This document shows, in pieces, positions 22,269 through 30,741 of a stretch of 64,000 nucleotides of DNA. The notes under the pieces were generated by a model that made no database searches, had not been told where the DNA came from, and saw only the letters and a program-made list of their open reading frames with translations. The position numbers and the translations under genes are program-made. Numbering within the stretch: position 1 is the stretch's first letter; every line of letters begins with the position of its first letter. The DNA is from Gammaproteobacteria bacterium (GTDB taxonomy: Bacteria; Pseudomonadota; Gammaproteobacteria; GCA-001735895). The stretch spans positions 83,971-147,970 of the forward strand of contig JBNKUM010000085.1 in the NCBI GenBank assembly GCA_050298595.1. The letters are read 5' to 3'.

Positions 22269-22611
22269 AATACCCCAGCACTGTGCATACATGAATAAGG
22301 GAGGGACATGCACAGCCTGGAGTAAAGGGTGAAATCGGTATTCTATAAAATTGATCAGCTCAACTTTTAAAAGGTATAGTGAGCTATTCAATTTAAAATA
22401 ATTCTTCAACTTTAATCACTGGCATCCTTGCCAGTTCTAAAACGCCTCTCCATCGATGCTAAGAATAGGAAAAAACCAGAACCTGGAGAAGTGACAAATT
22501 GTCGCACTCACCCTAAAGCAGTTGATTTGGCGAGTAAAAAACAGGCCTTCAGGGTGATTTAGATACGCGTTGCGGCTACACTACCCCTTGTATTAATTCA
22601 GAGTAGTATTT

Positions 22612-23898
22612 ATGTCGAGCAACGGCATCCAGAGTTCAGCAAGAATACTTCGCCAGCTATACCTGCTACGTAATGTCACCATTATTTTCATTTCACTGAT
22701 GGTGATACTGGCGTTCTACGGCCTCAATATAAACCTGCCTGTCATTCCATTAAGCATCATCTTACTGATTATGGCTGGAACCAATCTACTCACCCGTTTG
22801 ATGATTGACCAGAATAAAGCCATCAGCCAGCGTGTGATTTTTATTCAGTTGATGATCGAGATTATTTCCTTTTCTCTAATCCTTTACTTTGCCGGTGGCG
22901 CCACCAACCCTTTAACCTTCTTTTATCTGATCCCGTTGGCGATTGCTGCCACCGTGATCCCCGGCCGCTACACCTGGACACTCACCCTGTTTACCATCGC
23001 TCTGTATAGTCTGTTACTGGAGTTCTATATCCCGCTTTCCTATCAGATGCATGATCACCAGCATATGCAAGCTGGTGATAGCCAGTTCAATCAGCATGTA
23101 CTGGGCATGTGGTTTGGTTTTCTGGTCAGCGCCTTACTGGTGACCTGGTTTATCACCTATCTGGCTCAGGAACTTAAATCTCGAGACATCGCCATCAACG
23201 AGGCACGTCAAAGAGAGTTACGCGATCAGCAAATGGTCACTCTGGGCACACTGGCCGCTGGTACTGCACATGAGTTGAGTACCCCATTAGCCACACTGGC
23301 TATAGTCAGTGGTGAGCTGACCGATGGTTTCGACCCAGTGAAGCATGAAGAATTGTTTGAGAACCAGCAAATCCTGCGCGACCAGATAGCACGCTGTAAG
23401 GATATTCTGTCTGTATTATCTGAATCTGCCGGTGAGGTGCGAGCCGACGAGGGTTATTTGATACCTGCCGAAGACTTTATCGACCAAACCATTCATCACT
23501 GGCAAAGCCTGCGTGATGGCATGCTGTTCGAGCTTAACAAAGCAGCTATGCCACACCATGCTCGTCTATTATTCGATAAAACCATCAGCCAGTCAGTGAT
23601 CAATCTGCTCAACAATGCAGCCGAAGTATCGACCGACCCGATACTGATAAACACCCAGATCCAGCAGGATATGCTCGAAATTGAGATTATCGATAATGGC
23701 CCAGGCATGAGTGACGAGCAAATAGCAATGGCCGGTGAAACCAGTTTTTCCGATAAACCCCACGGCATGGGCATAGGGTTATTCCTGGCTATCAGCACCC
23801 TGCGCCGGTGTGGTGGTAGTGTCCAGTTTGAACGCTTAACCCATCGGGGTACCTCTACCCTTATCACTATGCCCCTAATTATATCCGAGTCAACATAA
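22612..23898 (+). CDS. Redox-responsive sensor histidine kinase, RegB/PrrB/RoxS family
   Basis: Multi-TM N-terminus. H-box TLAAGTAHELSTPLATLAIV matches the RegB signature (AHELGTPL). HATPase motifs (NLLNNAAE, DNGPGM, GMGIGLFL). Confidence 0.8.
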   Translation: MSSNGIQSSARILRQLYLLRNVTIIFISLMVILAFYGLNINLPVIPLSIILLIMAGTNLLTRLMIDQNKAISQRVIFIQLMIEIISFSLILYFAGGATNPLTFFYLIPLAIAATVIPGRYTWTLTLFTIALYSLLLEFYIPLSYQMHDHQHMQAGDSQFNQHVLGMWFGFLVSALLVTWFITYLAQELKSRDIAINEARQRELRDQQMVTLGTLAAGTAHELSTPLATLAIVSGELTDGFDPVKHEELFENQQILRDQIARCKDILSVLSESAGEVRADEGYLIPAEDFIDQTIHHWQSLRDGMLFELNKAAMPHHARLLFDKTISQSVINLLNNAAEVSTDPILINTQIQQDMLEIEIIDNGPGMSDEQIAMAGETSFSDKPHGMGIGLFLAISTLRRCGGSVQFERLTHRGTSTLITMPLIISEST

Positions 23899-24443
23899 TG
23901 GAAAATAACCCAGACCAGGCCAACCTGTTAGTGGTTGATGATGATGAAGTGCTTTGTCATGTGCTCTCCAGAGCGCTGACTAAAAGACATTTTAATGTGC
24001 AGGTTGCTCACAGCCTTGACCAGGCCCTGATTAGCGCTCATCAAAACCCTCCCGAATTCGCCGTGGTAGATTTACGTATAGGCACTGATTCAGGCTTAAG
24101 CGTGATCAAGGAACTGGTCGCAACTGAGCCAGGCATTCGCATCGTGGTGTTAACGGGATACGCCAGTATCAGTACTGCGGTCGAGTCCATAAAACTGGGT
24201 GCCCAACATTACCTGACCAAACCCGCTGAAGTGGATGACATTATCCAGGCTTTTTATCACGAAGAAGGTCGTACCGAGATCGATATCTCTCCACAGCCCA
24301 TGTCGGTTAAACGCATGGAGTGGGAGCATTTACAGAAAGTCCTGAATGATAATGATGGTAATATTTCAGCCGCTGCACGCGCCATGGGAATGCATCGCAG
24401 AACCCTGCAAAGAAAACTCGCCAAGAAGCCAGTAAAGCAATAA
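23898..24443 (+). CDS. Response regulator, RegA/PrrA/RoxR family
   Basis: Receiver domain (LLVVDDDEV...VVDLRIG). C-terminal HTH NISAAARAMGMHRRTLQRKLAK is nearly identical to the invariant RegA HTH. Translationally coupled to the kinase gene. Confidence 0.85.
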   Translation: MENNPDQANLLVVDDDEVLCHVLSRALTKRHFNVQVAHSLDQALISAHQNPPEFAVVDLRIGTDSGLSVIKELVATEPGIRIVVLTGYASISTAVESIKLGAQHYLTKPAEVDDIIQAFYHEEGRTEIDISPQPMSVKRMEWEHLQKVLNDNDGNISAAARAMGMHRRTLQRKLAKKPVKQ

Positions 24444-24487
24444 AAAAGCCGACTGACGGGGCACTTTCATACAGCATAAAATCACCG

Positions 24488-25852
24488 CTATTTGGTGATT
24501 ATCTCCGGCCCCATCATCAGGGTTGGTAACCAGGTAGAAATCCATGGAATATAGGTAACAAGAATCAGAAACAGGAACATCACACCTAACCAGGGCGCGG
24601 CAGCCCTGACGATATTCAGCATAGACATTCCAGCAACCCCTGCGGTTACGAACAGGTTTAGACCAACCGGTGGGGTTATCATGCCGATCTCCATATTCAC
24701 TACCATGATGATCCCCAGATGTATCGGATCTATACCCAACTGGATGGCAATCGGAAATACCAGAGGCGCAACAATAATCAGCAGCCCAGAAGGCTCCATA
24801 AACTGACCACCGATCAGCAACAGGATATTGACGACGATAAGGAACATGATGGGACCAAAACCTGCTGACAACATGGCTTCGGTAATCATCTGCGGAATAC
24901 GTTCTTCGGTTAACACATGCTTAAGAATCAAAGCATTGGCTATAATGAACAGCAGCATGATGGTTAATTTACCGGCTTCAAACAGGCTCTTCTTGGTGTC
25001 GTGATGCCAGAATACCGACAACCCACGCCACAACAGCATCACTCCGGTTGGTCCTTTTTCCTTAAAAGGCCCCATATCACGATAGATAAAATTAGCTATG
25101 AAAAATGCATAGATTGCAGCCACGGCAGCAGCCTCGGTAGGGGTGAAAATACCACCATATATACCGCCTAGAATGATCACTATCAGCATCAGGCCCCATA
25201 TTGCATCGCGCGCCGCTGCAAATATCTCGCTCCATCCAGCCCAGGGTTGGGCCGGTAAATTCTTATAGCGTGCGAAGGCATAGATAGCCAGCATCAACAT
25301 GCCACCAGCCACCAGACCAGGCACCACACCAGCCAGAAACATGCGCCCGACCGATACATCGGTAGCCGCCGCATAAACCACCATAACGATAGAAGGCGGG
25401 ATCAGAATACCCAGCGTACCCGCGTTACAGATAACGCCTGCAGCAAATTCTTTGGTATAACCGACCTGTACCATACCCGCTATGACTATGCTACCTATCG
25501 CCACCACCGTAGCAGGGGATGAACCCGATAATGCGGCAAACATCATACAGGCGAATACCGAGGCCATTGCCAGCCCACCACGGAATGAGCCCACCACTGC
25601 AATGGCAAAGCGAATAATCCGATGCGCCACACCACCCGTAGACATAAATACAGAAGCTAGAATAAAGAAAGGAATCGCCAGCAGGGTATAATGCCCTTCA
25701 AAGGCTGAAAACAGGGTTTGAGCAACCGAATCCAGCGAGGCATCCGAATGCATCATCAGAAAAATAATGCTCGACAGACCCAGTGATACCGCTATGGGTA
25801 CCCCAATCAACATAAAGCCAACAACCATCAGGAAAAGAATTGCGATATCCAT
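24488..25852 (-). CDS. dctM: TRAP transporter large permease DctM
   Basis: 454 aa, 12+ TM, DctM family. Confidence 0.9.
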   Translation of the reverse strand: MDIAILFLMVVGFMLIGVPIAVSLGLSSIIFLMMHSDASLDSVAQTLFSAFEGHYTLLAIPFFILASVFMSTGGVAHRIIRFAIAVVGSFRGGLAMASVFACMMFAALSGSSPATVVAIGSIVIAGMVQVGYTKEFAAGVICNAGTLGILIPPSIVMVVYAAATDVSVGRMFLAGVVPGLVAGGMLMLAIYAFARYKNLPAQPWAGWSEIFAAARDAIWGLMLIVIILGGIYGGIFTPTEAAAVAAIYAFFIANFIYRDMGPFKEKGPTGVMLLWRGLSVFWHHDTKKSLFEAGKLTIMLLFIIANALILKHVLTEERIPQMITEAMLSAGFGPIMFLIVVNILLLIGGQFMEPSGLLIIVAPLVFPIAIQLGIDPIHLGIIMVVNMEIGMITPPVGLNLFVTAGVAGMSMLNIVRAAAPWLGVMFLFLILVTYIPWISTWLPTLMMGPEIITK

Positions 25853-26580
25853 TATTTTTCCTCCTGATGGGCTTTTACTTCTTCCAGTTCATCCTCTACC
25901 TCATGGCTGGCGATTATCTTATCCAGCTCTCCAGTGAGCACCTTCCAGCCCAGCTCTAAAAATCTAAAGGCCAATAAAAAAATACCCAGCGGCAATGCCA
26001 GATAAGGAAGAAAACGGGGTATTTTTTCGTAAACTATCGGCTCGTATTCATAATCGTTTTCATCTTCATAAGCCTTGCGACAACTGACATCCTGCTCTGA
26101 ATCACTCATCCCGCATTCGTTAACAAACCCTTCAATAAAACGTAACGAATCCGGCATAGGGATATCCTGTGTTTCCAGCCAGGCCCTTTCAGTCGCAAAG
26201 GGGTACCAGTAATTCCACGACCCGATTAATAGCATCACAGAAAAAACAAGGCAGGCAGAAACCGCAATCATGGCCATGATCTTTCGATGCAGGGGGGACA
26301 ACATATTAATCACCACATCTACGCCGATATGGATATGCTTTTTAACCCCGTAAGATGCACCCATCAATACCAGCCAGGCAAACAGGTATACCGTCATTTC
26401 CAGTGCCCACAGGATATTGCTGTTGAATATATAACGTGCGATTACGTTAGCGAAGGTTAACAGGGTCATTAACCCCAGGCAGATGGCAATACTGGTTTCT
26501 TCAATATTATCTGTTATCCGCCCTAGCTTGCTCGTAGCTTGGTGATTCATTGCTGGCTCCCGGAAAGTGTCGGATGACAC
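25852..26580 (-). CDS. dctQ: TRAP transporter small permease DctQ (with unusual ~60 aa hydrophilic insertion before TM4 and acidic tail)
   Basis: Three TM helices, then a Cys/acidic-rich insert (NECGMSDSEQDVSCRKAYEDENDYEYE), then a fourth TM. Start overlaps dctM. Confidence 0.7.
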   Translation of the reverse strand: MSSDTFREPAMNHQATSKLGRITDNIEETSIAICLGLMTLLTFANVIARYIFNSNILWALEMTVYLFAWLVLMGASYGVKKHIHIGVDVVINMLSPLHRKIMAMIAVSACLVFSVMLLIGSWNYWYPFATERAWLETQDIPMPDSLRFIEGFVNECGMSDSEQDVSCRKAYEDENDYEYEPIVYEKIPRFLPYLALPLGIFLLAFRFLELGWKVLTGELDKIIASHEVEDELEEVKAHQEEK

Positions 26581-26718
26581 CGAAAATATCCAGATTTCAC
26601 AGTCAGAAATCGAAAGATATGACGGTCTGTTTTATAATTATGGGTGAACCCAGCGGCCACGTAATGACCACTGGGTCCACTATACTGCTAAAGGTTAATT
26701 AAATTAACCCGATATTCA

Positions 26719-27717
26719 TTACTTATTGGATTTTAAAGCAGCTTGCATCAGATCAGAACCGATATCCTTCTCAAATTTCTTCCATACAGGTTTCATGGCA
26801 TCTACCCAGGCCTGACGTTGAGCGGTAGTCAGGGTACGTACTACGCCACCAGCTTTGATAATATTTTCCTTATTCTGTAGATTCACTCTATTCGATTCAG
26901 CATTACGTGTTTCACTCACTTCTTTCAAAATAGTACTTAACTGGGTGCGCACATCCTTAGGTAAGCCCTTCCACCATTTAGAAGAAGTTACCACCAGATA
27001 ATCCAGAATACCGTGGTTGGTTTCAGTCACCCCGTCCTGCACTTCAAAGAACTTTTTGCCATAGATGTTAGACCAGGTGTTTTCCTGACCATCAACCACT
27101 TTGGTTTGTAGGCCACCGTAAACCTCTTTAAATGACATCTTCTGTGGAGATGCACCTAACTGCTCGAACTGTGCAACCAGCACGTCTGAAGCCTGCACGC
27201 GGAACTTAAGGCCTTTGGCGTCAGAAGGCTTGATCAACGGTTTGTTGGCGGACATCTGCTTCATACCGTTATGCCAGAAAGCCAGACCTTTCAAACCACG
27301 ACGAACCATCGAGTTCTTTAGCCTTTCACCATCTCTGGAATTCTGAAAACGGTCTACCGCATTTACGTCTTCAAATACAAAAGGCAGATCGAAGATACGA
27401 AATTTCTTGGTGAATTTTTCGAATTTTGATAATGAAGGGGCTGCCAAATGAACATCGCCATTCAGCATCGCTTCCAGTACTTTATTATCATCATACAGAG
27501 TAGAGTTAGGGAAAACCTCCATACAGGCTTTACCGTTCATTTCTTCATTGACGCGTTTTTCTAACAGCGATGCGGCAATCCCTTTTGGGTGCTTGTCGGT
27601 ATTGGTCACGTGGCTGAATTTAATGACGATTTCACCTGGGTCGCAGTTTGCCAGAGCAGCAGAACTTGAAACAGCGAGTACAGAAGATACAGCCAGACCG
27701 ATGAGTGCTTTACGCAT
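26719..27717 (-). CDS. dctP: TRAP transporter solute-binding protein DctP
   Basis: Signal peptide, then a DctP-family periplasmic-binding fold (…IKFSHVTNTDKHPKG…). Confidence 0.9.
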   Translation of the reverse strand: MRKALIGLAVSSVLAVSSSAALANCDPGEIVIKFSHVTNTDKHPKGIAASLLEKRVNEEMNGKACMEVFPNSTLYDDNKVLEAMLNGDVHLAAPSLSKFEKFTKKFRIFDLPFVFEDVNAVDRFQNSRDGERLKNSMVRRGLKGLAFWHNGMKQMSANKPLIKPSDAKGLKFRVQASDVLVAQFEQLGASPQKMSFKEVYGGLQTKVVDGQENTWSNIYGKKFFEVQDGVTETNHGILDYLVVTSSKWWKGLPKDVRTQLSTILKEVSETRNAESNRVNLQNKENIIKAGGVVRTLTTAQRQAWVDAMKPVWKKFEKDIGSDLMQAALKSNK

Positions 27718-27782
27718 TTGATAACCTCCGGGGTTTGTTTATTGTTTTGGGGAATGCCCCCCTGATCGAACAAAGCTTTATT

Positions 27783-27798
27783 AGCATAGCCTGTGCCA
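27783..27798 (-). promoter_or_regulatory. Candidate sigma-54 (-24/-12) promoter for dctPQM
   Basis: Minus strand reads cTGGCACaggctATGCt. GG-N10-GC with correct spacing, about 65 nt upstream of the dctP ATG. Confidence 0.5.
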
Positions 27799-28059
27799 GT
27801 TTTTAACGCATGCTGAAACGATCCTGCAAGCCACTGAAATCCAAAGTGTTTTATCGGCTAGCATAATTTTAACCCAAACCATTCATGGGCGGATTTCCAC
27901 CCATTTGACACGATTACATGTTTCCCATCTCACCCAGAGTGATACCTTTAGGCAACTTCGATCAAGGATGAGCGTTATCAACCAGGGATATTCAAATAGC
28001 ATTGGAGAGACGCGTAAAATGGGGTAATCTTGCGCCTGATTTTCAATCTGGACTGGTTC

Positions 28060-28995
28060 ATGTCTCGCTTTCTACAGGCTCTTTTTTCTATCTCATTACT
28101 GCTCTGCGTCCCTCATGCTGTCATTGCGGCACCGCAGGTAGTGGTCACGATAAAGCCGATTCACTCTCTTGTAACCAATGTCATGCAGGGGGTATCTACC
28201 CCACAGCTATTAATAACAGGTAATCACTCGCCGCATACCTTCACCCTGAAGCCCTCGCAGATGCGCCAGCTCGAAACTGCTGACATAATTTTCTGGGTCG
28301 GTGAGTTACTGGAAACTTCACTCGAAAAGACACTGCATCATGCAGCTAAAAACAGTCAGGTTGTAGAACTTATCGAAACCCCAGGTCTGCAGCAACTGGC
28401 AGCCAGAGCTCTGCACAACGGGGCGCAGCTGGAACACAAACCAGTCCTATCTGGACATCAGCATGATTCGTCCATCGATCCACATATCTGGCTATCGCCA
28501 TTTAATGCCAGCAAGATGGTACAACATATCAGCAATACGCTGATCAAGCTTGATCCCGAAAATGCAGCGCAATATCTGGCGAATACTCAACAGACACTGC
28601 AACATATTCAACAGCTGGATCAGCAAATCAGCCATCAATTAAGCCCATTAGCAGGGCGACCCTTTGTAGTGTTTCACGATGCTTACCAGTATTTTGAACG
28701 GCATTACCAGCTAAAATCCATCGCTGCCGTTGCCCTCAGCCCCGACAGGCTACCGGGTGCCCGACACATCAGCAAAATAAAGAAGCGGATTAAAGCACTT
28801 AATGTAGCCTGCATATTTAAAGAAACTCAGTTCAGCTCTCAGCTTGTTAACACCATAAGCGAAGGTAGTAAGGTGAAAACTGGCTCGCTTGACCCACTGG
28901 GAGCCACCCTGACCGCAGGCCCAGACGCCTGGTTTGAGCTAATGCAAAACCTGAGCAACTCGATATCCGATTGTCTAACAACGAATCATGAATAA
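28060..28995 (+). CDS. znuA: Zinc ABC transporter substrate-binding protein ZnuA
   Basis: Signal peptide MSRFLQALFSISLLLCVPHAVIA. ZnuA/cluster A-I SBP motifs, His-containing loop (SGHQHDSSIDPHIW). Start set at ATG 28060 rather than the upstream TTG. Confidence 0.8.
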   Translation: MSRFLQALFSISLLLCVPHAVIAAPQVVVTIKPIHSLVTNVMQGVSTPQLLITGNHSPHTFTLKPSQMRQLETADIIFWVGELLETSLEKTLHHAAKNSQVVELIETPGLQQLAARALHNGAQLEHKPVLSGHQHDSSIDPHIWLSPFNASKMVQHISNTLIKLDPENAAQYLANTQQTLQHIQQLDQQISHQLSPLAGRPFVVFHDAYQYFERHYQLKSIAAVALSPDRLPGARHISKIKKRIKALNVACIFKETQFSSQLVNTISEGSKVKTGSLDPLGATLTAGPDAWFELMQNLSNSISDCLTTNHE

Positions 28996-29090
28996 CCCCT
29001 CCTCTCTGCATTATGTTTAAATGCTGCTACTTTATTATCATTAAGCGATCATGATTCCAGCGCTATTTCCAATTAACTATTGCATCCAGG

Positions 29091-29867
29091 ATGACTGCAA
29101 TGAGCGATAAACCGTGGCTTATCAAGGCCAGCGGGATAGAGGTTAGTTATAACCAACGCAACATCCTGGAGGGCATAGATCTTGAGGTTGCTGAGGGCGA
29201 AATCGTTACCCTGATTGGCCCCAATGGCGCAGGTAAAACCACTCTGGTACGTGTCATGCTGGGGCTGATCAAGCCAACAGCTGGAAAGGTTCAACGTAAA
29301 CCAGATCTCACCATTGGTTATATGCCTCAACGTCTGCAATTACCCGAGACTCTGCCATTGACGGTCGCACGTTTTCTGCGTCTAAGTGGCATTCAGGATA
29401 AACAGAATTATCTGGGACTGGTACAGGAGCTGAGCATTCAACATCTGCTGGACAGCCCAATGATCAAGTTATCCGGGGGTGAAACTCAAAGAGTATTACT
29501 GGCACGCGCTTTGATAAAAAAGCCGCAACTACTTGTTCTGGATGAGCCGGTTCAGGGCGTAGACGTTACCGGACAGTCTGAGCTCTACGCCCTCATAGCG
29601 CGCCTGAGAAAACGCTATCATTGCGGCATTTTGATGATATCTCACGATCTGCATCTGGTGATGGCAACCACCGACCGGGTGCTATGCATTAATCGGCATC
29701 TATGCTGTGTCGGTCATCCAGAAAGTGTCAGTCAGCACCCTGCCTATCTGGAGCTGTTCGGAGCGCCTGTGAGTGAGAACCTGGCCCTGTATACCCATCA
29801 TCACGATCATACCCACGATATCCATGGCAATGTGATAGAACTGGACGAGGATTCATCGCATGGATGA
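29091..29867 (+). CDS. znuC: Zinc ABC transporter ATP-binding protein ZnuC
   Basis: Walker [10 protein letters not shown], signature LSGGETQR, Walker B LLVLDEP. His-rich C-terminus ([11 protein letters not shown]). Confidence 0.85.
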   Translation: MTAMSDKPWLIKASGIEVSYNQRNILEGIDLEVAEGEIVTLIGPNGAGKTTLVRVMLGLIKPTAGKVQRKPDLTIGYMPQRLQLPETLPLTVARFLRLSGIQDKQNYLGLVQELSIQHLLDSPMIKLSGGETQRVLLARALIKKPQLLVLDEPVQGVDVTGQSELYALIARLRKRYHCGILMISHDLHLVMATTDRVLCINRHLCCVGHPESVSQHPAYLELFGAPVSENLALYTHHHDHTHDIHGNVIELDEDSSHG

Positions 29868-30645
29868 TTTTCTATTGCGCGCCATCCTCGCCGGTTGCGG
29901 AGTTGCCATAGTCGCCGCCCCGCTGGGCAGTTTTGTGGTATGGCGTCGCATGTCCTATTTCGGTGACACACTGGCACATTCCGCCCTGCTGGGCGTTGCA
30001 CTGGGGTTTCTATTTGATATCAATCTCAATCTTGCTATTGTTTGCGTTGCTGTCATCATAGCTATGCTAATGCTTGGCCTGCAAAATCGCCGCCTGCTAG
30101 CGAGCGATACATTACTCGGCATACTTTCGCATGGCACCCTGTCGATAGGACTGGTCGTTATAGCGACTCAAGACGATCTGCGCGTCGACCTGATGGGGTA
30201 TCTATTTGGCGATATTCTAGCGGTTACCCCGACTGATTTACTTTGGGTATGGGGAGGCGGCCTGGTGGTGCTCGGGCTTTTGCTAAAGATATGGTACCCC
30301 TTACTCTCCCTGACCGTTCACCAGGACCTGGCTCAGGTAGAAGGGGTTGCGGTTAACAAGGTACAGATGATTTTCATGCTGATGATCGCACTGGTGATTG
30401 CCATATCGATGAAGATCGTTGGGGTTTTATTGATCACCTCAATGCTCATCATCCCGGCTGCTGCCGCGCGTCGCTTTAGTCAGACCCCCGAGCAGATGGC
30501 CCTGATTGCAGCATTGACTGGAGTAACCTCGGTAGGATTAGGATTAACCGCCTCGTGGTTTTGGGATAGCCCGGCTGGGCCATCGATTGTGGTTGCCGCC
30601 ACCTTGCTATTCGTAAGTAGTCAATTATTCAACCGTGTCGATTAG
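29860..30645 (+). CDS. znuB: Zinc ABC transporter permease ZnuB
   Basis: 261 aa, 8 TM, ABC-3 family permease. Overlaps the znuC stop. Confidence 0.85.
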   Translation: MDDFLLRAILAGCGVAIVAAPLGSFVVWRRMSYFGDTLAHSALLGVALGFLFDINLNLAIVCVAVIIAMLMLGLQNRRLLASDTLLGILSHGTLSIGLVVIATQDDLRVDLMGYLFGDILAVTPTDLLWVWGGGLVVLGLLLKIWYPLLSLTVHQDLAQVEGVAVNKVQMIFMLMIALVIAISMKIVGVLLITSMLIIPAAAARRFSQTPEQMALIAALTGVTSVGLGLTASWFWDSPAGPSIVVAATLLFVSSQLFNRVD

Positions 30646-30741
30646 TTCATCTTTGATTCAGCAACATGCACCTACTATCTACTCGCTGTAAGCTGCCGAC
30701 TATGACAAAATCCGCCCTTTAACCCGAAACCCAGATTACTC

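Noticed and set aside
27718-29090. Zur operator upstream of znuA or znuC (e.g. GCATTATGTTTAAATGC at 29008-29024)
   Set aside because: Only weak, imperfect dyad symmetry. Does not resemble the TGTTATnATAACA core of gammaproteobacterial Zur boxes convincingly.
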